Shown here: in pieces, positions 1-9,216 of the stretch
Layout: every line of letters starts with the position of its first letter
Numbering within the stretch: the stretch's first letter is position 1
Source: an uncultured Clostridia bacterium
Lineage (GTDB): Bacteria > Bacillota > Clostridia > Christensenellales > Aristaeellaceae
Assembly: GCA_944362695.1 (NCBI GenBank)
Contig: CALVTQ010000124.1
Span: 34,620 to 98,619, forward strand
Direction: 5' to 3'
DNA: 64,000 nucleotides
Position numbers and translations under genes: made by a program
The notes under the pieces: generated by a model
What the model was told of the DNA's origin: nothing
Databases searched by the model: none
Seen by the model: the letters and a program-made list of their open reading frames with translations, nothing else

Positions 1-1
1 A

Positions 2-838
2 AATGAGCATCTCAAGGAGGGCCTGCGCGACCTCGCGGCCAGCTTCTCGGACGGCATGGCGGCCTTTGAGGTCACGCCCAAGGGCATGGTGCGTCCGCTT
101 TACGCGAGCGAGAACATCGCGGATTTCTTCGGATACACAAGCGAAGAATGGATGGAGCTCACGAGGCGATACACGCCGGTGGAGACGTTCACCGCGTACA
201 GCGATGTGTCCTTTGACAGCTTTGCGGCGCTGCTGCGCGACGGCGAGGCGGAGTTCACGTACTTCGACAACAAGAGCGAAAATGAGAAGCGCATCAAGGC
301 CATCTGCTCCCAGCGCGAGGCCGACAGCGCCACGTTGCGCTATGTCATGCTCTACGCGATGGAGGACGCCGGGAGCGCCGCGGGCAATCGCCTGCCCGAA
401 AACCGCGCGGTGACCATCCGCACGTTCGGGTATTTCGACGTGTTCGTCGGCGACAAGCCCATCGCCTTCCGCAACAAAAAATCGAAGGAGCTGTTCGCGC
501 TGCTTGTGGACAGGCGCGGCGGATACGTCACCAGCGAGGAGGCCATCGGCTTTCTGTGGGAGGACGAGCCGGTGAACACGGTGACGCTCGCGCGATACAG
601 AAAAGCGGCGCTGCGGCTCAAGAACACGCTGGAGGAATACGGCATCGCGGACGTCGTGGAGGCCGTGGACGGCAAGCGGCGCATCGTCATGGAGCGCGTG
701 ACCTGCGATCTGTATCAATACCTGTCCGGCCGCGAGGAATACGCGCAGCTGTTCAAGGGCAGCTACCTGACCAATTACAGCTGGGGCGAGACGACGCTCG
801 GCGAGCTGACCGGCGCGCTGGACGCATCGCGCGGCTGA
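2..838 (+). CDS. PAS-like sensor domain fused to winged-helix (OmpR/SARP-type) DNA-binding domain, transcriptional regulator; 5' end lies outside the window
   Basis: Frame 2 is open from nt 2 (NEHLKEGLRDLAASFSDGMAAF...), so the listed 56..838 ORF is only part of the gene. C-terminal half TIRTFGYFDVFVGDKPIAFRNKKSKELFALLVDRRGGYVTSEEAIGFLWEDEP...ARYRKAALRLKNTLEE fits the SARP/OmpR winged-helix pattern. TGA at 836-838. Confidence 0.6.
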   Translation, partial: NEHLKEGLRDLAASFSDGMAAFEVTPKGMVRPLYASENIADFFGYTSEEWMELTRRYTPVETFTAYSDVSFDSFAALLRDGEAEFTYFDNKSENEKRIKAICSQREADSATLRYVMLYAMEDAGSAAGNRLPENRAVTIRTFGYFDVFVGDKPIAFRNKKSKELFALLVDRRGGYVTSEEAIGFLWEDEPVNTVTLARYRKAALRLKNTLEEYGIADVVEAVDGKRRIVMERVTCDLYQYLSGREEYAQLFKGSYLTNYSWGETTLGELTGALDASRG

Positions 839-855
839 CGCAAACAAAACACAAA

Positions 856-896
856 CCCCGTGACGGCGCAAAACGCGGCTGTCACGGGGAATTTTG
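856..896 (+). terminator. Rho-independent terminator after the regulator gene
   Basis: CCCCGTGAC (856-864) pairs with GTCACGGGG (881-889), followed by AATTTTG. Confidence 0.55.
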
Positions 897-1073
897 CATA
901 TGGGGATGGAGGCACACTTCGCGAGCCCGCCGAGCATGGCGCATTTGAGCGGGAAGACGGGCGAGGCGATCCGGGCGGGCGGCCCGGCCATGCCCCCGCG
1001 AATCCGGCGGGCCTTTTTTGCATGCGTTCCTTCCTTAATATAAGGCCCGGCAGAGCGGCGGGCGCGAACGGAC

Positions 1074-1102
1074 TTGACTTTTCAAATGGACGTTTGTATA
1101 AT
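1074..1102 (+). promoter_or_regulatory. Sigma-70-type promoter for the rml operon
   Basis: TTGACT (1074-1079), 17-nt spacer, TATAAT (1097-1102). Leaves a ~130-nt leader before rmlA. Confidence 0.6.
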
Positions 1103-1240
1103 AAGCCTGAGCAAGCAAAAAGCGTGCAGACAGGAAGCGATGCGCTGCACATGTTTATATCTGCCGTATTGCCGGGAATCCGCAATGCGCACGACGAGCG
1201 ACACCATACGCAATATGAACAAAGACAGACGGAGGTCAAT

Positions 1241-2128
1241 ATGAAAGGCATTATCCTCGCCGGCGGCGCCGGAACGCGCCTGTATCCGCTGACGATGGTC
1301 ACCAGCAAGCAGCTGCTGCCCGTCTACGACAAGCCCATGATCTACTATCCGCTCTCCACGCTCATGCTGGCGGGTATTCGGGATATCCTGATCATCTCCA
1401 CGCCGGAGGACACGCCGCGCTTTGAGCATCTGCTCGGCGACGGCAGCCAGTTCGGCGTGAACCTGTCCTACTGCGTGCAGCCCAGCCCGGACGGCTTGGC
1501 GCAGGCGTTCCTGCTGGGCGAGAAATTCATTGGAGACGACGCCTGTGCGATGGTGCTGGGCGACAACATCTTCTACGGCAACGGCTTCGGCAGACTGCTG
1601 CGCGCGGCTGTGGCCGATGCCGAGCAAAGCGCGCGCGCGACGGTGTTCGGCTACTACGTCAGCGACCCGGAGCGCTTCGGCGTCGTGGAGTTTGACGAGA
1701 ACGGCAAGGCGATTTCCATCGAGGAAAAGCCGAAGCAGCCCAAGAGCAATTACGCCGTGACGGGCCTGTATTTTTACCCCAAGGGCGTGTCCGCGATGGC
1801 GCACGAGGTCAAGCCCAGCGCGCGCGGCGAGCTGGAGATCACCACGCTCAACGAGATGTATTTGAACAAAGGCCTGCTGGACGTGCAGCTGCTGGGACGC
1901 GGCTTTGCGTGGCTGGACACCGGCACGATGGACAGCCTCGTGGATGCGGCGGACTTCGTGCGCACCATTGAGAAGCGGCAGTCCATCAAGATCAGCGCGC
2001 CGGAGGAGATCGGATACAAGAACGGCTGGATTTCCAAGGAAAAGCTGCTTGAATCCGCCGCGCGCTACGGCAAGAGTCCCTATGGGCAGCACCTCAAGGC
2101 TGTGGCTGACGGAAAGGTAATGTATTGA
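1241..2128 (+). CDS. rmlA: Glucose-1-phosphate thymidylyltransferase
   Basis: [18 protein letters not shown]... nucleotidyltransferase G-loop and full-length RmlA-like sequence. ATG 1241 is preceded by GGAGG at 1231-1235. The upstream part of listed ORF 860..2128 is non-coding. Confidence 0.95.
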   Translation: MKGIILAGGAGTRLYPLTMVTSKQLLPVYDKPMIYYPLSTLMLAGIRDILIISTPEDTPRFEHLLGDGSQFGVNLSYCVQPSPDGLAQAFLLGEKFIGDDACAMVLGDNIFYGNGFGRLLRAAVADAEQSARATVFGYYVSDPERFGVVEFDENGKAISIEEKPKQPKSNYAVTGLYFYPKGVSAMAHEVKPSARGELEITTLNEMYLNKGLLDVQLLGRGFAWLDTGTMDSLVDAADFVRTIEKRQSIKISAPEEIGYKNGWISKEKLLESAARYGKSPYGQHLKAVADGKVMY

Positions 2129-2129
2129 G

Positions 2130-2699
2130 ATGGCGTTCAAGAGAATTGACACCGCGCTCCCCGGCGTGTATATCGTGGAGCCGCAGGTCTTCGGCGACCA
2201 GCGTGGCTACTTCATGGAGACGTACAACCAGAAGGCGTTCGCGGACATCGGCATCGACGCCGTGTTCGTGCAGGACAACCAGAGCTTCACGGCGGCGAAG
2301 GGCGTGCTTCGCGGCATCCACTTCCAGAACGCGCCGCATGCGCAGGCCAAGCTCGTGCGTGTGATGCGCGGCGCGGTGATGGATGTGGTCGTCGATCTGC
2401 GCAAGGGCAGCCCCACCTACAAAAAATGGGACGCCGTCGAGCTTACCGCCGAGAACAAGCGCATGTTGTTCATCCCGCGCGGCTTCGGCCACGGCTTCAA
2501 GACGCTGACCGACGACGTGGAGTTCTTCTACAAGGTCGACAGCCTGTACAACAAGGAGTGCGACCGCGGCATCCGCTTCAACGACCCGACCATCGGCGTG
2601 GATTGGGGCGAGGTGACCGAGCATCTGCTCTCCGCCAAGGACACCACGTCGCCCATGCTCGACGACAGCGACTGCAATTTCGTATACGGCGAGATCTGA
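2130..2699 (+). CDS. rmlC: dTDP-4-dehydrorhamnose 3,5-epimerase
   Basis: Cupin epimerase pattern (FGDQRGYFMETY, LRGIHFQ, KLVRVMRGAVMDVVVDLR, FIPRGFGHGF). 1-nt gap after rmlA. Confidence 0.93.
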   Translation: MAFKRIDTALPGVYIVEPQVFGDQRGYFMETYNQKAFADIGIDAVFVQDNQSFTAAKGVLRGIHFQNAPHAQAKLVRVMRGAVMDVVVDLRKGSPTYKKWDAVELTAENKRMLFIPRGFGHGFKTLTDDVEFFYKVDSLYNKECDRGIRFNDPTIGVDWGEVTEHLLSAKDTTSPMLDDSDCNFVYGEI

Positions 2700-2729
2700 A
2701 CGGCGAAATAAAACGGGTAAGGTGTGATC

Positions 2730-3647
2730 ATGAAGATTTTTGTCACGGGCGTCTGCGGTCAGCTGGGCCACGACGTCGTGAATGAGCTGAACGCGCGCGG
2801 TCACGAGGCCGTCTCAAGCGACATCGCGCCGCAATACGCGGGCATCGCCGACGGAAGCGCCGTCACGGGCACGCCGTATGTGCAGCTGGACATCACCGAC
2901 GGGGCGCGCGTTGCGACTGTGCTTCGCGAGGTCATGCCCGACGCGGTCATCCACTGCGCCGCATGGACGGCCGTCGACGATGCGCAGGACGAGGACAAGC
3001 GCGCGAAGGTATATGCCATCAACGCGGACGGCACGCGGCACATCGCGGCGGCCTGCCGCGAGCTCGGCTGCAAGATGATGTACATCAGCACGGATTACGT
3101 CTTTGACGGGCAGGGCGAGACGCCGTGGGCGCCGGAGTGCACCGACTACGCGCCGCTCAGCGTTTACGGACAGACGAAGCTCGAGGGCGAGCTGGCCGTG
3201 CGCGAGCTGGTGGAGAAGTTCTTCATCGTGCGCATCGCGTGGGCATTCGGCCTGAACGGAAAGAATTTCATCAAGACCATGCTGCGCCTGAGCCAGACAC
3301 ACGACGAGCTGCGCGTGGTCTGCGACCAGATCGGCACGCCGACCTATACGCTCGACCTTGCGCGGCTGCTCGCGGACATGATCGAAACCGATAAGTATGG
3401 CGTTTACCACGCAACGAACGAGGGCGGCTACATCAGCTGGGCCGACTTTGCGGCCGAGATCTTCCGGCAGGCGGGCAGGACGACGAAGGTCACGCCCGTC
3501 ACCACCGCCGAGTACGGCTTGTCCAAGGCCGCGCGCCCGTTCAACAGCAGGCTCGACAAGCGCAAGCTCGTCGAAAACGGCTTTGCGCCGCTGCCGGATT
3601 GGCGGGATGCGCTGGCGCGGTATCTCAGGGCGCTTGACATCGGCTGA
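2730..3647 (+). CDS. rmlD: dTDP-4-dehydrorhamnose reductase
   Basis: MKIFVTGVCGQLG Rossmann start, STDYVFDG, YGQTKLEGE (YxxxK) motifs. ATG 2730 follows AAGGTG. Confidence 0.9.
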   Translation: MKIFVTGVCGQLGHDVVNELNARGHEAVSSDIAPQYAGIADGSAVTGTPYVQLDITDGARVATVLREVMPDAVIHCAAWTAVDDAQDEDKRAKVYAINADGTRHIAAACRELGCKMMYISTDYVFDGQGETPWAPECTDYAPLSVYGQTKLEGELAVRELVEKFFIVRIAWAFGLNGKNFIKTMLRLSQTHDELRVVCDQIGTPTYTLDLARLLADMIETDKYGVYHATNEGGYISWADFAAEIFRQAGRTTKVTPVTTAEYGLSKAARPFNSRLDKRKLVENGFAPLPDWRDALARYLRALDIG

Positions 3648-3652
3648 AACGC

Positions 3653-3686
3653 ACGCGGCTCAATCGCTGACTGGGCCGCGTTTTTG
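3653..3686 (+). terminator. Rho-independent terminator after rmlD
   Basis: ACGCGGC (3653-3659) pairs with GCCGCGT (3675-3681), followed by TTTTT. Confidence 0.55.
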
Positions 3687-3779
3687 TATGCGCGGGCATG
3701 CGGCGTCCTGCGGGGCGCGCGGGCTTGCGATGAACGGACAGGGAAAGCGGCTTGCCCCGGCGGACGCGAGGAGGTAACC

Positions 3780-4418
3780 ATGAAGATTCTGTTGACATGT
3801 TTTAAGCCGTTCGGCGGCGAGCGCGTCAACCCGGCGCAGCTGGCCGTGCACCGCGTGGCGGACTGCGTTGAAGGCGCGCAGATCGTCAAGCTCGACGTGC
3901 CGGTGGTCTTCGGCGTGTCGGCATGCGTTGTGCACATGGCGATGCGCAGCGAGAGGCCGGACGCCGTGCTCTGCGTCGGACAGGCGGGCGGGCGCAGCGG
4001 CATCACGGTTGAGCGTGTGGCCATCAATGTGGACGACGCGCGCATCGCCGACAACGCGGGCAACCTGCCCATCGACGCGCCCATCGCATCGGATGGCCCG
4101 GCGGCGTATTTCAGCACGCTGCCCATCAAGGCGATGGCCGCGGCCATTCGCGAGGCGGGCATCCCGGCGGGCATATCGAACACGGCGGGGACGTACGTGT
4201 GCAACCACCTGATGTACGGCGTGCTGCATGCCATCGCGAAGGAGTTCCCCGGCATGCGCGGCGGGTTCGTGCATGTGCCGTTCGCGCACGAGCAGGCGCT
4301 TGAGCGCCGCGAACCGTCGCTGTCCGTGGAGGATATGGTCAAGGGGCTCGAGGCGGCGATCGGCGCGATTGTGCGCTTTAAGACGGACATTGCGGCGTCC
4401 GAGGGGCGCGAGTGCTGA
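3780..4418 (+). CDS. pcp: Pyroglutamyl-peptidase I (pyrrolidone-carboxylate peptidase)
   Basis: MKILLTCFKPFGGERVNPA..., LCVGQAGGR, TAGTYVCNHLMY (Cys nucleophile context), FVHVP. ATG 3780 is preceded by GAGGAGG. Confidence 0.9.
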   Translation: MKILLTCFKPFGGERVNPAQLAVHRVADCVEGAQIVKLDVPVVFGVSACVVHMAMRSERPDAVLCVGQAGGRSGITVERVAINVDDARIADNAGNLPIDAPIASDGPAAYFSTLPIKAMAAAIREAGIPAGISNTAGTYVCNHLMYGVLHAIAKEFPGMRGGFVHVPFAHEQALERREPSLSVEDMVKGLEAAIGAIVRFKTDIAASEGREC

Positions 4419-4443
4419 AAGAAATCCTGAAAATACAACAAAA

Positions 4444-4499
4444 AACCGGCTCTGAGCGGGAGATGAGCTCTCGGCAGAGCCGGTTCGTTTTATGTTTTT
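4444..4499. terminator. Bidirectional terminator between convergent pcp and GH42
   Basis: AACCGGCTCTG (4444-4454) pairs perfectly with CAGAGCCGGTT (4475-4485). A-run upstream, T-rich run downstream. Confidence 0.7.
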
Positions 4500-4504
4500 G
4501 CGGA

Positions 4505-6442
4505 TCAGTCGGTGAGCACCTTCATCTCGAAGGGCTCGAGCGCGACCTCGCGTCCGTCCAGCGCGAAGGCCTTGGGCTGATCGTCGTTGTTGAAGACGAA
4601 GCGCGCGCGCACGCCGTCGCCCGTGCGGGTGACGAGCTCGACGCGGTCGGGCAGCTCGACGGTATCGAGCCCCGCCTCATCCGCGGCGGTGCGGGCGATG
4701 CGGTCGTAGACGGGCTGCGTGCCGACGACGCCGATGTAATACACCTTGCCCGTGCCGTAGGCGTTGCGCGTGATGGCGGGGGAGCCCTTGTAATACTCGG
4801 CGTTGTAGCGGGCGAGCACATTGGCGGTGTCGCAAACGAGGATGTCGCACCACTGCCTGGCGTCCATGACCGCGCCGTCGTCAAAGACGATGGGCGTGCT
4901 GTCATAGCCGATGGGGTTGTATTCCTCGGCATGCGCGCCCACCATGTCGCGATACGGGCCGGGGAGCTGGGCCATGATGCAGTTGTTGTGCTCGTCCTTG
5001 ACGCCGCTGCGGGTGGTCAGGATGACGGTGCCGCCGCTCTCGGCGAAGCGATGCAGGCGCTCGACCACGGCGCTGTCGGTGACGTACATCTCCGGCGCGC
5101 AGACGATGCGGTAGCCGCTCAAATCCTCGTGCTGGCCGATGATGTCGACGTTCAGGCCGAGCGCGGTGAACGCGCGGTGGAGCCTCTGCAGCTGCTCGAG
5201 GTAGTAATAGCCGTTGGTCTGCGGCTGAATCTTGAAGGCGTACTCGTGGTCGAAGGCCATGAGGATGGCGACGTCGGATTTGATGGCCGTGTCGCGCAGG
5301 GGCTTGATCTCGCGGACGGCGCTGCACAGATCAGCGAACTCGCGGAAGCGGCGGCCCGGCACGTTGCTGTGGTCGAGCAGGCCGTGCCAGTGCATCTCCG
5401 CGCCGACTGTCGCCGTGCGCCAGCGGAAATGGAGCACAGCGTCCGCGCCGTGGGCAAAGGATTGCAGCGTGAAGCCCTTGATCATGCCGGGGAGCGGCTG
5501 CCTGCCCATCGGGCCCCAGCAGCCCGTGCCGCCGGAGAGCTGCTCCATGATAAAGAACGGCCCGCGCTTGACGCCGCGCATGAGGTCGAGGTGGAACGCG
5601 TGGGAGTAGCACTCCTCGGAGTTGGCCGGCACGGTTGCGGAGGGGTAGTTGTCGTAGGACAGGAAATCGAGGTTTTCAAACGTCTTGTAGAAGTCCTGCA
5701 TGTACTCGCAGAACCAGACGTTGGTCGTCACGGGCCTGCCGGGGCAGTGCTTGCGCAGCAGCGCTGCCTGACGGTTGATGAAGTCGATCACGCTGTCCGA
5801 GCAGAAGCGATAGAAATCGAGCATGCGCGCGGGATTGAGCCATGCGTGCGGATAGGTGCCCACGGGAGGCGCGACCTGAGACCATGCGGAGTATTCGCCG
5901 CTCCAGACCACGTTGCCGTATGCCCTGTTCAGGTTTTCGACCGTGCCGTACTTGGCCGTGAGCCACGCGCGGTATTCTTCGGTGCAGTGCGGGCAGCAGC
6001 AGTGGTAGGCCTCGAGCTCGTTGTCGATCTGCCAGCCGGTGACGGCGGGGTTGCCGGCGTAGTGCCTGGCCATTTCGACCGTGATGCGGTCGGCGTATTC
6101 AAGGAACGTCGGATTGGTCACGCAGCGATGGCCGCGGATGCCCAGGCGGATCGGCGTGCCGTCCTGCTGAATCTGCACGATGTCGGGATGTTTTTCATAC
6201 AGCCACATGGGCGGGCAGCTCGTGGGCGTGCAGAGCACGACGTCGATGCCGCGTTCGGCGAAGAGCGCCACGGCCTCGTCGAGCCACGCGAAGTCGAACA
6301 CGCCGTCCTGCGGCTCGAGGCGGCACCACGCAAACTCCGCCAGGCGCACCAGCTCGACGCCGGTCTCCTGCATGAGATCCGCATCGGCGGCCCACAGGGC
6401 CCTGTCCCAATGCTCGGGATAGTAATCAACGCCGATTCTCAT
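4505..6442 (-). CDS. GH42 beta-galactosidase, cytoplasmic
   Basis: MRIGVDYYPEHW..., WQIDNELE, trimer-type C-terminal domains, length ~645 aa. ATG at 6442 follows AAGGA. No signal peptide. Confidence 0.88.
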   Translation of the reverse strand: MRIGVDYYPEHWDRALWAADADLMQETGVELVRLAEFAWCRLEPQDGVFDFAWLDEAVALFAERGIDVVLCTPTSCPPMWLYEKHPDIVQIQQDGTPIRLGIRGHRCVTNPTFLEYADRITVEMARHYAGNPAVTGWQIDNELEAYHCCCPHCTEEYRAWLTAKYGTVENLNRAYGNVVWSGEYSAWSQVAPPVGTYPHAWLNPARMLDFYRFCSDSVIDFINRQAALLRKHCPGRPVTTNVWFCEYMQDFYKTFENLDFLSYDNYPSATVPANSEECYSHAFHLDLMRGVKRGPFFIMEQLSGGTGCWGPMGRQPLPGMIKGFTLQSFAHGADAVLHFRWRTATVGAEMHWHGLLDHSNVPGRRFREFADLCSAVREIKPLRDTAIKSDVAILMAFDHEYAFKIQPQTNGYYYLEQLQRLHRAFTALGLNVDIIGQHEDLSGYRIVCAPEMYVTDSAVVERLHRFAESGGTVILTTRSGVKDEHNNCIMAQLPGPYRDMVGAHAEEYNPIGYDSTPIVFDDGAVMDARQWCDILVCDTANVLARYNAEYYKGSPAITRNAYGTGKVYYIGVVGTQPVYDRIARTAADEAGLDTVELPDRVELVTRTGDGVRARFVFNNDDQPKAFALDGREVALEPFEMKVLTD

Positions 6443-6454
6443 GGGCAATTTTCC

Positions 6455-7435
6455 TTATATTGCGTCGTTTTTTGCATCGCGCATGGCGGCGGGAAGCTTG
6501 CCCAGCGTGATGGCATAATCGTGATGATAGAGCCTGCGCAGGGCGTCGAAGCTGTTGTGATCCTCGGTCAGCGCGAAGCCGAAGCTCCATGTCATATACC
6601 ACAGCCACGGCACGCGCTCGGCGATGAGCGCATCGGCATCGGGGATGATGCCGGTCTCGGCGATGGCCGCGCCCTTGTGGGGAGCGAAGGCACGAAGGCG
6701 TTCGTACTTGTCGCGGAAAGCGCCGTGCGCATGCGCGGGCGGGTATTGATCCAGAGAGACGATGTCGCAGAATTCGTCGCCGGGGTAGCCATCGGGCGTC
6801 GGGTTGTTCCAGACCCAGATCAGGTTGTCGAGGCGGTGGTGCTCCGTGTAGTAGCGGAACATGAACTTATACAGCCCGACGGCGGCGGCGTTCCCCTTGC
6901 GGCCCCACCAGAACCAGACGCCGTCCGACTCATGGAACGGACGCCAGAGCACGGGCAGGTGCGCATCGCAGAAGGGGCGGAGCAGCTCGGCCATGCGGTC
7001 CAGGTCGTGCACAAAGGCGCGGTGCTCGGCGGTCGTCGGGTCGAGGGCGCGCTCGGGGTCAAACTCCGTGTTGCAGGAGTAGAACGCCTTGTCGCGGCCG
7101 CCCAGCGGCGAGAACCAATGCCATGTGAACGTGATGATGCCGCCGCGCTCGCCCCACGCGCGCGCCAGCTCGAGCGTGCCGCGGTTGTTTTCAACCTCCT
7201 CGATGCACTCGGGCGTGGCGTCGCCGAAATTGATGTTGGGGGAATAGCCGAGCAGCTCGAAGCCGCAGACGGCGGGCAGGTCGCCGGTCTCGCGCTCGAT
7301 GACGGCGAGCTCGGCCTGCTCGCGGGTCTGCGTGTGCTGGCCGGTCAGGATGGCGCGGCCCTCGATGGCGGCGAGGAATTCAAGCAGCTCGCGTGCCTCT
7401 TTTTGAAGATTGGGATTGCATGGAGCGGCGTTCAT
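6455..7435 (-). CDS. GH26-like glycoside hydrolase (mannanase family), cytoplasmic
   Basis: FTWHWFSP, WRPFHESDGVWFWWG (GH26 HE..G.WFWWG acid/base motif), AIAETGIIPD (nucleophile-type E-x-G). No signal peptide. GGAGG RBS. Confidence 0.72.
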   Translation of the reverse strand: MNAAPCNPNLQKEARELLEFLAAIEGRAILTGQHTQTREQAELAVIERETGDLPAVCGFELLGYSPNINFGDATPECIEEVENNRGTLELARAWGERGGIITFTWHWFSPLGGRDKAFYSCNTEFDPERALDPTTAEHRAFVHDLDRMAELLRPFCDAHLPVLWRPFHESDGVWFWWGRKGNAAAVGLYKFMFRYYTEHHRLDNLIWVWNNPTPDGYPGDEFCDIVSLDQYPPAHAHGAFRDKYERLRAFAPHKGAAIAETGIIPDADALIAERVPWLWYMTWSFGFALTEDHNSFDALRRLYHHDYAITLGKLPAAMRDAKNDAI

Positions 7436-7451
7436 GGTGCGCCTCCTTGTG

Positions 7452-9023
7452 TTATTTGCGAATGACGACCATCGCGGCGCTGTACGCGGGCAGGGTGACG
7501 GTCACGTCGCTGCCGGAGACGGAAGCGGCGTTCTCGAGCAGGCGGATCTTGCTGCTGCCGGAGACGGCCCAGATCTCGGCGGTCTGCCAATCGCTATCTC
7601 CGCCGTTCATGTGGATGGTCGCCTCGAGCGGCTGGGTCTCGCTCTTGTTGGTCATCGAGATGGTCACGACGTTCTTATCCGCGCTGCTCACGGCGGCATA
7701 GGCGCTGCACAGCGAGACGTCGTCGGTCTTGGCGGGGACAAGCAGATCGCCGAACGCGCCGCCCTTCTTGTCGTAATTGGTGTAGAGGTTGATGCCGGCG
7801 AATTGATAGCCGTTGCCGCCCCAGATCGACGCGAAATACACGCCCTTCTCGGCGAAGCAGCCCAGCGCCTCGGTCATGGCGATGGTCGCGCTCTCGTTGT
7901 CGCCGCCGAAGTTGTATTCGGTGATGGCGAGCTTGGTGCCGGGGTAGTAGGTCTCAATCGAGGTCAGCACGGTATCCAGAATCGGCACATTTTCCATGCA
8001 CCACTGGCCGATCCAGCTGTTCTCGCTGAAGCCCTCCTCGTACAGCGTGCGCACGGACTGCACGCGGTCCTGATCGCTGATGCGCGCGGACTCGGAGTAG
8101 TAATGGATGTCCAGCACGTCGAGCAGGCGCATGCCGTATTGCTCCTCGGCCTGACGCATCTGGTCGAGGTAGCAGTCCAGATACCAGTGATAGCCCTTTT
8201 CTTCCTTGATCTTCTCCCACTCGTCGCTGATCTCGTCGTCGGCGAGGTGGTCAAAGGCGGTGTAGCCGTAGAGCGCCGGGCCGAAGATCTCGGCGTTGGG
8301 GTCGAGGGCCTTGACGGCGCGGGCCATCTCGATGGACTTGTCCGCCAGCTCCTGCACGCCCACGGGTTCGGGATGCACGCGCGGATGCGTGTGATGCCAG
8401 AGTGCGGGCTCGTTGTCCAGGCTGTACGCCTGAATCCCCTTGGGGCTCTGCGAGTCGCCGTATTTGGTGATGATGTAGTTGACGTACTCGTCCATGTAGA
8501 CCACGCCGTCGGTGAGGTCGGGCGTCTCGGCGAACGGCGCGCCCTTGGTCAGCACGACCCTGTTAAACCTCGCGGAGGGCGCGGTCTCGGCCTCGGAGAC
8601 GTTGCCGTTCTTGTCGGCGGAGACGTAGCCCGCGAGCTGGAGCGTGGCGAGCTTATAGGGGATGCCGTAGAAATTCGCCTCGTTGATCATCGTGGCGACG
8701 TAGGCGGCGGGCTCGTCCGTATCGCCCAGGTGGTTGTCGGAGCTGTGATGCCAGTCCGCACCGGCGTTGGAGGCGTTCGTCTCCCAGTTGTAGGCGGTGG
8801 TGCGGTTGCCGCCCTGCCGGATGGCGTTCGCCTTGACCATGCGGTAGCTGCTGTTGTTGCTGTACTGGTTGACGCCGTAGATCAGCGGGCTGATCGGCTT
8901 GCCCTGTGCGGAGAGATCGACGGTGACGTTCATGTGGTTGGCTTCGGCGAGCGCGCCGTAGGGCATGAGCATGCAGCACGTGGTCAGCAGGGCGGCAGAG
9001 GCGAGCGCGGCCAGTCGTTTCAT
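7452..9023 (-). CDS. Secreted glycoside hydrolase, GH44-like (endoglucanase/xyloglucanase/glucomannanase family)
   Basis: Signal peptide MKRLAALASAALLTTCCMLMPYGALAEA. ISPLIYGVNQ, RQGGNRTTAYNWETNASNAGADW, LDIHYY, LAITEYNFGG. ATG 9023 is preceded by AGGAGGTA; the upstream part of listed ORF is non-coding. Family assignment is from memory of motifs. Confidence 0.62.
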   Translation of the reverse strand: MKRLAALASAALLTTCCMLMPYGALAEANHMNVTVDLSAQGKPISPLIYGVNQYSNNSSYRMVKANAIRQGGNRTTAYNWETNASNAGADWHHSSDNHLGDTDEPAAYVATMINEANFYGIPYKLATLQLAGYVSADKNGNVSEAETAPSARFNRVVLTKGAPFAETPDLTDGVVYMDEYVNYIITKYGDSQSPKGIQAYSLDNEPALWHHTHPRVHPEPVGVQELADKSIEMARAVKALDPNAEIFGPALYGYTAFDHLADDEISDEWEKIKEEKGYHWYLDCYLDQMRQAEEQYGMRLLDVLDIHYYSESARISDQDRVQSVRTLYEEGFSENSWIGQWCMENVPILDTVLTSIETYYPGTKLAITEYNFGGDNESATIAMTEALGCFAEKGVYFASIWGGNGYQFAGINLYTNYDKKGGAFGDLLVPAKTDDVSLCSAYAAVSSADKNVVTISMTNKSETQPLEATIHMNGGDSDWQTAEIWAVSGSSKIRLLENAASVSGSDVTVTLPAYSAAMVVIRK

Positions 9024-9216
9024 ATCGGGATACCTCCTGTGTGTTGTCGCGTGTCGGTTCATACTGATGATATGATAAGGCAAGATCAACAAAATATCAA
9101 GACGGTTTGCAGGAGTTTGCGCGCGATGATCGAATAAAAATTCCAACGCGGAAAGACCGCTGCCGCAGGGGGATGCGAGCGGTGGTATATATAATAAGGA
9201 AGAAACAGGAGTGAAA

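Noticed and set aside
3-413. 136-aa ORF in frame 3 at the window start
   Set aside because: It is Arg/Ser/Thr/Ala-rich with no motifs. Frame 2 over the same DNA encodes a coherent PAS/winged-helix regulator.
860-1240. N-terminal 127-aa extension of the rmlA ORF (listed 860..2128)
   Set aside because: The RmlA homology starts at MKGIILAGG (1241), which has its own GGAGG. The extension runs through a consensus-like promoter (1074..1102) and has non-coding-like composition.
4412-7465. 1017-aa plus-strand ORF spanning the GH42 and GH26 genes
   Set aside because: It is a shadow ORF typical of high-GC DNA. Composition is Ala/Gly/Arg/Val/Asp/His-rich with no recognisable domains and no RBS. It lies entirely antisense to two genes that have clear family motifs.
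9024-9216. Divergent promoters between the GH44 operon and the first CBM-GH26 gene
   Set aside because: There is a TATAAT-like hexamer near 9193 but no acceptable -35 at 16-18 nt, and nothing convincing on the minus strand. Not reported as a feature.
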